Translations under genes and position numbers: made by a program
Source of the DNA: Vitrella brassicaformis CCMP3155
Taxonomy: Eukaryota > Protista > Chromerida
Assembly (NCBI GenBank): GCA_001179505.1
Contig: CDMY01000442.1
Span: 11,912-75,911, forward strand
Reading direction: 5' to 3'
Length of the DNA: 64,000 bases
Notes under the pieces: model-generated
What the model was told of the DNA's origin: nothing
The model's input: only the letters and a program-made list of their open reading frames with translations
Database searches by the model: none
Shown here: positions 24,367-37,387 of the stretch, in pieces
Layout of the letters: every line of letters starts with the position of its first letter
Numbering within the stretch: position 1 is the stretch's first letter

Positions 24367-26720
24367 ATGTCCCTCTCACCAGCAGCCAGACGCCTGGCGG
24401 TGATCTCCCTGCCAGCTGCACGGCAGCAGGCTGCTGCTGTTGGTGTTGGTATCGGGAGATGCCGCAGTCGCGTCAGCTGGGCTCACGTGAGGCCTGCACC
24501 GCCTGACCCCATTCTGGGGCTGAACGAGGCGTACCTCGCTGACACGGACAAGCGGAAGATCAACTTGAGTGTCGGGGCTTACCGGGACAATCAGGGTAGG
24601 TGGGTATGCTGAGGGAACAAGCAGGAGAAAGGATTCGTGGAAGTGAAGTGCGTTGCGCTGTGTTGTGTTGTGTTGTGTGGCGTTCGTTGTGTTTGTTGTG
24701 GTGCGGTGTGCGTGTGCAGGTCAGCCATGGGTGCTGCCGAGTGTGCGGCGTGCAGAGGAGCTGCGGCTGCAGAACGAGGACAGGCACCACGAATACAACC
24801 CGGTCCGGGCCGCAATGCAACAAACATACCAACGAAGGAAGCGAAGCCTGCGAGCAGTCGTCCGTCGCATCGATGTCTGTGTGTGTGTGTGTGTGTGTGC
24901 AGATCACCGGCAAGAATGACTTTGTGAGGAACGCTGTGGCACTGGTGAGTGAGTGAGGCGGAGAAGAGTCAGTACAATCTGCGTGTGGGGTGCTGTGGTG
25001 TGGGTGCTCGGTGCGTGTCTGTCTGTCAGGCGTATGGGGAGGATTTGTGTGCGGCCAGGCACATCGCGGCGGCGCAGAGCCTGTCTGGCACGGGGGCGTT
25101 GCGTGTGGCAGCGGAGTGGCTGCATCTCTACTTCAAGGGCAACCCCGTCGTCTACCTCCCACAGCCCACATGGTAACAAAGACAAAGACAACGACTGTGT
25201 GCATGGCAAATGGGCCATCCATCCATCCATCCATCAAATCCACTAGCTTGTGTGTGTTGTGTTATCAATGTTAGGTCGAACCACCCGGCGATATTTCACA
25301 AGGCTGGACTGCAGACGAGGACCTACAGATACTTCGACACCCGCACTAAGGCAGGCACGCAGGCAGGCAGGCAGAAGGAAGACGTGACATATATGGCGTG
25401 ACATGGGCGGCCCTGCGTGACGTTAAGTGCATGCAGGGTTTGGACTTGAAGGGCATGTTGGAGGACCTGGACCACGCAGAGCCCATGAGCATCGTCCTCC
25501 TCCACGCCTGTGCCCACAACCCGGTCAGTCAGCGCCCCAGTGGGGTGCACTGCACTGCACGTCTGTCTGTCTGTGTCTGTCGGTCGACATATATATGTGT
25601 GTGTGGTGTGTGCTGTGCTGCACTGCAGACAGGTGTGGACCCCAGCCGCGATGAGTGGGGCGAGATCCTGGAGGTCATCAACCACTGGCAGCACCTGGTG
25701 GTCTTTGACATGGCCTATCAAGGCTTCGCTACTGGCTCCGTCGAGAGAGATGCGTGGCCCGTCCGGTGAGGGAGTTAGTGCCGTGAGGGACGTGAGGGAC
25801 AGGGCCGCATTCTCTCTCTGGATACGATACCTCTTCGGGGTGTGTGTGTGTGTGTGTGGACAGTGAGTTTGTCCGAGCGGGTCATCAGGTCATGCTCGCG
25901 CAGTCATTCGCCAAGAACATGGTGTGTGTGTGCGCTGACTGCACTGCCACACCCCTTAGACACACGTCTACACGGACACAAATGTGTGTGTGTGTGTGCG
26001 ATTAGGGTCTGTATGGCCAGCGAGTCGGGTGCTTCAGCATGATCTGCCAAAGGTAGGAAGGGAGGTCCACACACACACACCGTTGGCACACACACACACA
26101 CACACACGAGACCCCTGTATGTTTGTATGGTTGCCTCCCTCCACCCACCATGTATGTGTTGCTTATGTGCATGCAGCGAGGAGGAGCGGGGTGCGTGTGA
26201 GTCTCAGCTCAAGAAGATCATCAGGGCCATGTACAGCAGCCCTCCTGGCTTCGGCAGCGAGATCGCCGGCACCATACTTGCAGACTCAAATCTCAAGGCA
26301 CAGTGGTTCAAGGTACACACACACACACACACGTGCACACACGTCCCACGGATGGCCGGGTGGATGGGCGGGCACAGCACACGTGGGTGTGGGGGCTGTG
26401 CTGTGTGTGGGTGGGGTGCCTCTCTCAACAAACACATACAGGAGTTGGAGGAGATGTCTGGCCGCATCAACAGCATGAGGATGCAGCTCTACACCCTACT
26501 CAAGGACAAACACCACCTCGACTGGCCGCACGTCAAGCAGCAGATCGGCATGTTCGCCTACACCGGTTTGGGAGCGGGGCACTGTCAGAAGCTGGCCGCC
26601 GACTACCACATCTACCTCACACTCGACGGCCGTATCTCGATTGCCGGCCTCAACGACTCCAACATCGAGTACGTCGCTGACAGCTTCGCCGCCGTTGCAA
26701 AAGACAAAGCACTGCACTGA
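24367..26720 (+). CDS. Aspartate aminotransferase, probably mitochondrial
   Basis: APPDPILGL, KINLSVGAYRD, QSLSGTGALR, LHACAHNPTGVDP, FDMAYQGFA and PLP-lysine motif SFAKNMGLYGQRVG, plus IGMFAYTGL and GRISIAG; Arg/Ala-rich presequence; the first nine exons are phase-checked. Confidence 0.95.
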
Positions 26721-27491
26721 CGCAGTGCTGCCATGCATGCTGGTCGGTGTGTGTGTGTGTGTGCGGGGGCAAGAGAGAGAGAGGGAGGGGTGGATGGGCG
26801 GCTGCGAATAGCCTGCCTGCCTGCCGTGTTTCCGTCTCATTTTTCTTCTTTCGACTTGCCCTCCATGCATGGAACGAGGGCTGAGTAATTGCATGCTTGA
26901 GGGGCTGAGTTGCATCACGAGTGCTGTAGGTGCGTGTGGTGTGGTGTGGTGTGGCTTTGCCTGGGCTATGGGTAGCTAGCTACTGCTACGTACGACAGAC
27001 AGGACGAGTGTGCTGTCGATTCCGCGCCCAAATCATGCCTGCCTGCCTGCCTGCCTCATGGACCAACGACTGCATGCTCATGTCTGAGCGTGAGACACCC
27101 ATGGAAGCATAGCTGGCCATGGCTGGCCACCCAAACCAAACCACGACGGCCGACCGTGAAGGAAGGGACACACAAGACCTCACATCATCACAGCCGGCCG
27201 TTGCAGGCTGGCTGGCTCGTCAGTCAGTCAGTCAGTCACGGGAGAGTTAATGGCATCACGATGGATGCGATGCAGCCACTGGACGGAGCGCACCACATGA
27301 CGCATAGCATGAGCATCCACACACGCACAAATGCCACACTAGGCTGAACGACTGGCTGACTGGCTGGCTGGCTGGCTCGCACCACGCTCGTATCGACAAC
27401 AAGGACGACGGGACGGACGGACGAAAGAGGGAGACACACAAAAACAGCTCGCTCACTCACTCAGTCAGTTGTGTATGTTTGTTATGCATGT

Positions 27492-30400
27492 CTATGATGG
27501 CTGTAAGACCAGCCCCGCGGCGATGGTCTTGCCCCGATCCCGCAGAATCACACGACTCAACGTGCCCACACCACCAGAGCCTGACACACGTGGATTAATT
27601 GGATGATTGGATGGATGGGGGAAGGAAGACACAGAGGGGAACCACAGACAGACCCACAGCGATCCAGTCAGTCTATTTAATCTATAGCTCTCTGTGTGTG
27701 AGCATGTGATGTGTGGTGTGTGTGTTTGTGTGTAGTGTACCCTTGCAGTCGAGGCACACAGGTTTTGGGACCGTCAGCCGAACGATGGCCACCATGCCCT
27801 TCACCAGAGCCCTGATGGATGGATGGATGGGACACACGAGAGGATCGATATATGTCTGGCGGACAGGACCCCACAAGGGCCGGGCCGTCCGTAGCTTAGC
27901 TTAGCTTAGCTTACTTTGGTCGTTTGTTTTCCCTCTCTCCAGTCTGTTTGTTGACGATAGCCTCGAGGGCCGCTATGGTCGCACTGTCCACCCCCGTGTG
28001 CAGGTACATCATCACCTGGTGGACATCACAATATCACACAATCTCACAATCTCTCACACACAAGTCTCTCTGCGCCTCTCTTAGATACGTGCTGCTTGTC
28101 TTGTGTGTGGGGGCTGGCCTGACCTGCTGGCCCTTGACGATTGGGATGTCCAGATCAAACACCAGCAGCTGGGCCGTGAACGATGTCACCACCGGCAAGG
28201 GGGACGACGGGTCACACAGCACGGACGACACGCTGCACCGCACCCCCACCACACAAGATACCACAAGACCTGCAGGCCGCCCTTTCTTTGACGTGTCGGC
28301 AGTGCGTCTGTCTGTTTGTGCTGTCAGTCAGTCCGCCCACCTGACGAAGTGCGGCTCCACATTGAGAAGGGCCGTGTCGACATAGTCTCCGCTGCGGCAC
28401 TCAGGCACTGACGCCCCGCGGCACTCGAGGCCCTTGACGATGGCCGTCTCGTTGGATGGCAGGATGAGCACCTTCTGCCCGTTGCGCAGCGTCCCACCGT
28501 CGACCTTCATCGACACACTCGTCTTGTCACCCGTGCGCCACACGTCACTCACGCACCCCTTGAACGGACCGCCAGACGCACCGGTGCTGTCGCCGCGACC
28601 CTTCGTCTGCAGGCCGTCTGTAAGCACACACACACGGGGGGTGAGGATGCAAGTCTCTCTCGCTCTCTCCATCCACCCAGTGCAGTGACGCACGCACCGA
28701 TGAGGTCGACAAGAGTGGCCCCCTCGCCCCACCATGCCTTCAGCTCTGTGTGGATGGATGCCACAGCCAAGACAAGGATGGCAGTCATGCCATTCATTGT
28801 CTCTCCTAAGACCTCGTTGACAGATAGGGTTACTCACTGACTCCCTCACCAGCGCAGTTGTTGTCGACGATGTTGGTGCCCTCGAAGGCGCTGAGTGGGA
28901 GGTACTGGACGTTGCTGCTCTTGAAGCCAGCCTCGGGGCCGATGATGAAGCCGTGCAGCGGGTCCATCACGCTCCGGTAGCGATCCTCGGACCAACCCAC
29001 CTGGGATGGATGGACAGACACACAGGCGTATCTATCGTGCACAGCATACGTGTGGGCGTTGATTGATTGATGAATGACAGCTGTGTTGTCTTGTCTTGTG
29101 TTGTGTTGTGTTGTGCTGCTTACGGCGTCGAGTTTGTTGATGGCGACGATGAGTTGGCCGATGCCGAGCGCCCTCACCAGCTGCAGGTGCTCCTTCGTCT
29201 GGCCACCGCGCTCAAAACCTGCACACGCACCACAACCACACCACACCACACCACCACGTCAACACATGATCCGACCCAAGCAACACATTTTGGTGCGACC
29301 GACACATGTTGTCGCACCCGTTTTGTTAACGTCCGGCTCACCCACCTGCCTCAAACCTGGTCACGTCCACAACCAACAATGCAGCATCTGCCTGATCGAC
29401 CGAAGGAAAGAGACAAATGGTTCGGGCGACACACAAAGTGTTTGCGAGACCAAGAGAGGAAGGCATATATGTGCGGACGGACGGACACACGCACCATGAC
29501 GGCTCCCGAGAGCATGTTCGGGACGAAGTCGCGGTGGCCGGGGGCGTCGAGGACGGTCACCACCTTGTGTTTGGTGGCAAAGTGCTTCACGCACACGTCA
29601 ATCGTCACGCCACGCGCTCGCTCATCTTCGCCTGCAACACACATACACACATACACACATACACACATACACACAATAAAGGACAAACCAAACCCCTCGC
29701 TCGCACAGGAAAGCTCCTGTGTATGAGTGTGGGTCTCTGCCTGTGTGATCAATCCATCACCAGCTGACTGACCTTCGTCGAGTACCCATGCGAAGGCGAA
29801 AGATCCCTTGCCGATCTCCTTGGACTCCTTCTGGTACCTGTGGATCTGCTTGGTCGTCACCGCACCCATCTTGACCAATAAATGACCCATCAAAGTTGAC
29901 TTGCCTAACAGACAGAGAAATCAAGTGGAAACAACCACACACAGTGGTCGAGCAGCCGATGTGCTATCTGCTGCTCCTTCCTTGAGGACCCACCCACCGG
30001 CATCGACGTGTCCGATGACCACCAGGTTGAGCGGTGCGAGGCTCAGCAGCCTGGCGTCTGCCTCGGGCGGCTTCTCCCCCTCCACCCCTCCCATGATGCC
30101 CTCCTCGGCCGCGCGCACACGCTCCTTCTCGTCAGACCCGCCACGCGACAGGATGCCCTCATCCACTGACATCGATGGCGCCAGTGGCGGCCGACCACTC
30201 CCGGTGCTGCCGTTCTGTTTCGGCTTTGACAGCGGCGGCGCCTTGGCGGGTTCTGACTTGATGGCGGATCCTTTGCGTGAGGCGGGCTGGGTGGAGGGGG
30301 CCGAGGAGGACTGCTTGGCTGGTTTGGGTGGCTTCTTGGGCGCCTGATGTTGGCGAGATGATGACGCTTGTTGTGGTCGGTAGTCATCGTAACCGTCGTC

Positions 30401-30538
30401 GTCATAGTCGTCGAAGTACTCGTCATCTGAACGTGCGGAGCAGAGCACACAGTATTCGCGGCCAGATCTATTCTGTCTGTCTGTGCCTGTCGTCACCGTA
30501 CCATCGTAGTCGATGTTTTTGACCCGCCGCCGACTCAT
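27492..30538 (-). CDS. HBS1: HBS1-like translational GTPase (eRF3/EF1A family, ribosome rescue)
   Basis: [17 protein letters not shown]-terminus typical of HBS1; [61 protein letters not shown]; C-terminal [14 protein letters not shown]; TAG at 27492-27494. Confidence 0.9.
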
Positions 30539-30960
30539 TCTCGTTGTACCACGCGCATTGACGAATCCAGGTGACACAACGAAATCGGCGCTTTCTGTCT
30601 TAGACGACGTTCAGCTGGGGACGTTCGCTAAGTGTCGGCTCACCCATGTCCGTCTTAGCTCGCATGTGAGTTTTGATCGCCACGCATGCAGCATTTGGAG
30701 TTGAGGGCTGTTCAAGCAGCCTTCAACACGTCCCTGTAGCAGCAAAACTGTCCTCGAAGACAGACCAAGCCCCGGAGCCGTTTCAAGTGGCCCCCACGCA
30801 CCCCCATCTCTCATCCTGAAGCGCCAGCACTCGTTGCAAACAGGGCGATGGAAGCTGTCATCAAGAAGTGACAGACACCGCTGAGGAGCGCTACGCCAGA
30901 GGGGACCAGGTGCCTCCGAGAGAACGTTCGATTCCAATCTCGAGGAAGGGAGACGCCTCT

Positions 30961-33900
30961 ATGCAGGTAGTGACGCAAAGAGGACAGACATGCCACACGT
31001 CACAGTGCAAATTAGGTGACCACTGCCTGCTGTGTTTTGTCTGGTACATGCAGAGTCCCAAGCGGTTCTGGGCCGCTGCCTCCTCTCTCCCTCCAGCCGG
31101 CCGCTCTGGCCTGAGCCTTCCACCAACCACCACGCCCTCGCCCCCCTCCCCTCACACATCGGCCCTCCCACACAGACACCCGCCGCCCTCCACACAGACC
31201 GCGCCCGTCCGACCTCCATCGGTCTCCGCCTTGCCGCCACCATCACTGGCCGCACACAAGCGACAGATCGCCGCCAAGGCAGAGGACGACAAGATTGCAG
31301 AAAAGGCCCTCTCGACACATCGGAGGCCGCCGCCGAACCCGACACGCCCGATGCACCAGCCTCATCGAGCGGCGGCGCGGTTCGGCGCCTCGCCCCGGAT
31401 TGCTGGGAGTGTCTCTGAGAGGGGTGTGCTTGGTGAGCGGCCGGAGGGGAGGAGGGGTGGCGACCAGCCGGATGATAATTTGATAGAGTTTGAGCAGAAG
31501 TTGGCCCAGGTGGTGGACGATTACGAGGGACTGATGTCGCTGCAGCACAACCACCACTCACTCACACTCGCACACAAAGACAAGGTCGGTCGGCAGATGG
31601 ACTGACTGCATAGAGAGATAGACAGATAGACAAGCCGTGGGCGGGGCGCATGCATCTGCTGACCAATGAATCAATCATGTGTCTGCAGAGGGTGGAGTAC
31701 TTGGAGCAGCGGGCCAAGCGGCTGCAGGCGGAGCTGGAGCAGCTCCGAAGGGGTGGCCAAGGAGGGCCCGCTGCAGCCAACGGGGCTGGATCCTTCCATG
31801 GTGGCCATGAAGATCTGGCTGAGGCAGAGGTGAGTGAGCAACACTACACACAGCCCAGCCCAGCCAGTGTCTCTGCATCGCTCATGTCTCTCCACCCTCC
31901 GTCCAACCCACCCCACAGGCTGGTCTGATGGAGGAGAGTGTGCAGCTTCTGCTCGAGAGCCGCGACGCAGAGATCGACCTACTCACCCAGCAGCTGCACA
32001 CCAAACAAAAGATTCTCGAAGAGCTCAAGAACCTCATTCACGGGACCGCTGCTGCCCAGCTGCATCAACACCAGCCACCGAAGGCCCTCCCCCCAGCCGC
32101 TCCACGCCACCAAGCTGCTCCTGCTCATGCGGCTGCTGGACTTTCTCATGCGTCTGCTGCGGATCAGGTTGAGAGCCTTGTGCAGTCATTGCCGGACATG
32201 CACGAGGTTGAGCGGCTTCGCAAGGAGGTTGGTGACCTGCGAGACCTCCTGGTTGCCAAGGACCGGCAGCTGGCCGCCGTCACGGCTGTCGATCCCAACC
32301 TGTCCGAGGTCTGCGCCGTCCAGCTGGGTAAGGACATGTGTGTGCTTGTCTGGTCTGGACAGACAGGGCGATTGTTTGGTGTGGTCGTTCTCTCTGTGGC
32401 TCATACATAAATCATTCCAGGTGTGCAGGCCATCAGCATGGTGCAGAACACGATGGAGCTCAAGAACCAGATCAGGACGCTCGAGACGCGCATTGAGCAG
32501 ACGGAGTGCTGCCTCAATGAGTGGCGCAACAAGGCCGATCAGCTCGAGGGCGTCTGCGACGCCAAGAGGAGGTCAGTCAGAGAATGAAGCCGCACTCTGT
32601 TTCTCTCTCTGTCTCATGGCCACACCGTGTGTCCGTCTCTGTGTACGTCAGGGAGTTGATAGACATCACGCGCACGCTGGCTGACCGTGATCAGGAGCTG
32701 GCCTCGCTCTACCAGCTCAAGCAAGACCTGGAGAGGGAGGCAAATTCACAGATACAGTCACTCAAGGACGCTCTCGGTCGGCCAGGCCAGGCCAGGCCAG
32801 GCCACATCACATCACTCACACAGACAAACATACATGCATGACGTGGTCTGCGTGTCTGTCTGTCTGTCTGCAGCTGGTGAGTGTCGTCACGTCAAGGAGT
32901 TGGAGGCAGCGATGGTCGAGAAGGAGGGACAGCTCAGTGAGCTACGCAACCAAGTCCTACAGAGAGACCAAACCATCACGGAACTTCAGGCAAGACTACA
33001 TGACCACAGCAACATATAAACATCCACTCGCACAGACAGACAGACAGACACTCATTGGTGTCATCAGGAGGAGGTTGCTCGCCTCGAGATTCGCGAGGCT
33101 GAGGCCAACAAGCGGGCAGACAACCTCGAGCACCAACTCATACAAGCCACCAAGAACCTGGAGAAGGTGCGCGCACACGTGGGTTGGCGTCTACGCTATG
33201 TATGTATGGCTCTCTCCCTACCCTCTCTGTCTGTCTGCCTATTGCAGATAAATGAAGAGGCGGCCGACAGCGAGCGTGTGATTGGCGAGTTGGAGAAGGA
33301 GCTCAACGACACCAAAGTCAAACTGCATCATTCAAGAGTCAAGGTACGTCGACCTGTGCACATAATACAAGCGACTGCACTGTTGGCCCTTGCCTGCCTG
33401 CCTGCCTATTTGGCTACCAGGAGCTGGGCCGTCAGAAGCGGCTCGAAATGGAGCTCTCCCAGTTCCAACACCAAACCAAGAAGGCCATCGACGAGAAGAA
33501 CACCGAGGTATGGAGTCTGTAAAGGCAGGCCTGAATCCTCTCAATTCCCCCCTCCCTCTCCTTCCCTCTCCTACCCTCTCCCTCCCTCCCCCAGATCCGT
33601 GCGTTGCAGAAGGAGATAACGGCCCGCAGCACCCAGTTGGAGTCCATCCGGTCGTCGATATGTCGCCGCAAGGAAGGCTGCCCCACCCCGTTCCCCCCGC
33701 CACCCCAGTTCCCACTGCGGGGCGACATGGGCGACACAAGCCCCGTTGGGGGGGAGGCATTGGACGTGGCCGGGGAGGGCGGCATGGCGTCCGCACGGCT
33801 GCGGCCGACGGGCAGTGTGGAGGTGCTCATGCCCATGATGCACAAGGAGAGTCGCAGGGGCGGCAGACACATATCGGGGGCAAACCGGGTTGGCTGGCCA

Positions 33901-34652
33901 TCAGACGCAGCCCACACACACATGCAACCAACGAATGTCTCCGTCTCTCCCTCTCTCTCTGCGTCTCTGTGTCTCTGCGTCTCTGTGTGTCATTCTCTGG
34001 CATACTGCAGTATGCCAACCGTCTGTCGTACCAGCCTCCCCGTGTGGATGAGAGCGACGGTACGTCGCTGCCGTCCTTCGGCGCCAGGGGGCGGAGAAAC
34101 GGTGGGTCGCGGGAGGAGAATGGTGAGGGAGAGGACATCGACAAGCGGGTCAGCGAGTACTTCGACCAGCCCGGACGGCAGGTGAGTGAGGCGGTGATGA
34201 CTGACGACACAGGCGACATGGATGGGCACACGTGGATCTATGGACGCAATTGACTGTCGTGTGTCACCCACGCTCATGCAGCATCTGAAGATCCTCCTGT
34301 GCCGCCTCTCTCGCGGCACCTACCTCTACGCCACGCACCGCGTCAAATTCAGGTCAGTCTCCACAAACATCCATCCCTACAGAGACACTCACCTTGCTCC
34401 CTATCTGCATGTGGTGTGTTTCACTGCATGGCATCGTGTTATTTATGTTGTGTCAGAGTCGACCGCTATGGCAGTCTGCAGGGCCGCCACCCATCGACGG
34501 GCGACTGGCTGCCCATCGACGACTTTGTGGAGCAAATGTGGGAAGCATCAGGCAGCAGCGGCGCCTCGGGGGGCATCGGCTCCGCACCCACGTACCAAAG
34601 CGCGGCGGCTAGCGACATGATGCGCGGCGAGGAGGGGGGCAGGGAATACTAA
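30961..34652 (+). CDS. Long coiled-coil protein with C-terminal GAS2/GAR-like domain
   Basis: 6-nt first exon (ATGCAG), many Glu/Lys/Gln-rich heptad exons, then IDKRVSEYFDQPGRQHLKILLCRLSRGTYLYATHRVKFRVDR..WLPIDDFVEQM. The 3' end could be alternatively spliced. Confidence 0.7.
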
Positions 34653-35064
34653 GTACTAAGGACATCTGACTGGCTGACCGACTTGTCGATGGATGGGCGG
34701 ATTGGATGACGGGTTGGCCGTGTGGCAGGACGAATATGTCTATAATGCAGGCAGAGATGCCCTACTCAAGACAGCAAGGGGCACGTCTCGTCAGGATCGG
34801 GAATCTCATTCATTCAGCACTTATCATCAGACCACGCACCACGGAAGCCATCCATCCAGCCATCCATCCATCCACGCAGTCACTCTCGCGTTCGTGCGTT
34901 CGTTCATTCATTCATTCAAACCACTCAGGCAGGCTACGAATGCATGTGTGTATGTGAGCAGCACGGCAGAAGGCGTCCACACCAGTCACTCGCCCACTCA
35001 CCCCCACACGGCACAGCACGGCACCACCCCCGCCAGCTCCACTGCACCAGCCACGGTGCCTCCC

Positions 35065-35619
35065 TCATCTGGAAAAGGTGAGGAGCTTCTCCTGGAAGAG
35101 GAGCCTGTTCATGCAGGCGTCGCTCTCGCCCTTCTGCCGGACAAAGCCCGCGATGGCGAACGTGTGGTTCTCGCCCTCCTTCTTCACGCCCTTCTCGTCC
35201 ACCTGACCACCCCATACAGACGGACAGACAGACAGTGAGAGTCACTTGACGTAACCCTCCCTGTGTGCGGTGCTGACGCACCTTGCAGACGTTGATCTGG
35301 ACGCTGCCGTGCTCCTTGGCGGGGAGGATGCGGTTCGTCGCAGAACTGATGCGCACACAGGCAGACCCGAAATGTCTGTTGGTGCGGCCGGCCTGTCCTG
35401 GTGTCGTCGTCTTACCACTTGCGAGGGATGTACAGATCCACGACCTTTCCTTCGTCGTTCTGAGAGACCCGCCATCCCATACGCAGGCAAGACAGCAACA
35501 CGCCACAGGGTGACCCTCTGACTGACTCGACGAGGCGTAGATCAGCCACCCTTGTCCCTGATCTGTGTTCCCTTCCTTCCCTTTCGCTCTCCCGCCTCCT
35601 CTGTCCCTCCTACCTGCAT
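35065..35619 (-). CDS. RPS21: 40S ribosomal protein S21 (eS21)
   Basis: MQ|[61 protein letters not shown] matches the eS21 consensus; TGA at 35065-35067. Confidence 0.95.
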
Positions 35620-35838
35620 GACGGAGCTGGGATTTGCTTCGCGACGGGTGCGTAGCTCGGGCGACGAGCAGTTTCACGCAATGTCCTAGCTCGGGGGTCT
35701 GCGAGCCTAGCTCATGAACAAACGCAAAGCGAAGGAGGACATACTCTTGGAGTTGAGGGCCAACTCACCCGTGTAGTGAGGGAGCCGTCGAGTGAGCGCA
35801 GTGACGAGTGAGTGCGGCTGCGCAGTTTTGGCACCACC

Positions 35839-37387
35839 ATGGCGTACAGCGGCGGCCAGCCCTACCCGGGTCCGCCTCCAGAATTGGCCCATGACGGGCT
35901 CACCGCCGGCGCAGGACATCCTGGTGGGCAAGACACACGTGTGTTGCACACACGTCTGCCCACCCAAAGAGCAAGTGGATTTGTGGATGGACATCTGTGT
36001 CGTCACGCCGGTGTGGTGTCTGTCATGACAGGCGGTGGTGTCCATCCGAAGCCCGACACGAGCAATCTGACGATGGAGGAGCTCCAGAAGGTGCAGGACT
36101 CAGTCCAGAAGTTCATCCTGGAGAGCAAGTACCAGCCTAAGGGCGACGAGAAAGTGCCCTTTATGAAGGTCGCCAACATCGCCCTCTTCAGCGGCGTGGC
36201 CGGCGGCGTCTTGACCCACCAGCTCCTCAGGCGCACCATGCCCAGCACCACACCGATCGGCTACACCATCCCGAGCGTGCTGACGGGTCTCTGGGTGGCA
36301 CAGGTGGCCATGCGGTTCACGCGCAAGTGGACCTTCCAACAGATACTCGAGATGGACAGCCCCCTAGGCCAGCGGGCCAGGCAGGCACTCCTCGAAGCCC
36401 GCACTGGCGTCCCACACGGACCGCCACAGCAGGCAATGTCAGTCAATATTCATTGACACGCACACGCACGCGCACATCCCTAAGTTGACTGACTGACACG
36501 TCGGTTCGGTACTCTTCTCCCTCACCGTTATTTCCTCGTCTGTCTGTCTGTCTGTCTGATGTGCATGTCATGTGTTGTGTCTGTCTGTCAGTGGTTATGG
36601 CCAGCCCGACTACGCCCCTCCCGATGCCCCCGTGGGCCACCCCGGGCGGGTGATGCTGCCCTACTACACGGACGGCAGCCCCCGGTGGACACCGCCACCC
36701 AGTGACCCCAGCGCACAGCCACGGGGGACGTGGTCAGGTGCCCCGCGAGGCGCCTCAGTACCCATGTGGCCGACAGAAGGGGTGCCGCACCGCCAGGCAG
36801 TGCATCCCGACAGTGGCTGGGGGGCCGAGGGCAGTGGCGGACAGGAGGGGCCTTCGCCATGGGCCGACACTCAGGGGTGAGTGAGTGGGTGGGTGGGTGG
36901 GCAAACGTACCTTACCAGCACAGATGAAGTGCGTGCTTGTGTTTGTCTTGGTGGCTGCATGACGCAGGAGCCCGTGGGGCGATGCGGGTGCTGGTGCTGG
37001 TGGCGGTGGTGCGCCCGGTGGTGCAGGTGGTGGTGCTGGTGGCTACCGGAGTTGGCGTGACCTGCAGCAGCAGCAGCAGCAGCAGGCGGCGTCCCCCCAG
37101 CAGCCCCCCGGTGGCACACCGATGGACAGCGGGTGGGGCCAGCCGCCCAGCGACTTCGGCGGGGGAGGCCAGGAGGGAGAGGGCGGATTCGGTGCGCACA
37201 GACACCAACACGGAACCCAGAGGTGTCCATCCACCAACCTCACTCATCCAGGAATCTCTCTCTCTCTCTCTCTGTGTGTGTCATGTGTGCAGGTGGTGAG
37301 AGTTCAGTGCCTCCGTCGATGCGCCGGCCCGGCTACCGCACGTGGGATGACATCCGATCGCAGCAGAGGCCACCACCGCAGCACTGA
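35839..37387 (+). CDS. Two-TM protein with Pro/Gly/Gln-rich tail (weak OCIA-domain-like pattern)
   Basis: Five phase-compatible exons; hydrophobic segments IALFSGVAGGVLT and IPSVLTGLWVAQVAM followed by ILEMDSPLGQRAR; tail repeats GYRSWRDLQ and GYRTWDDIR. Confidence 0.6.
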
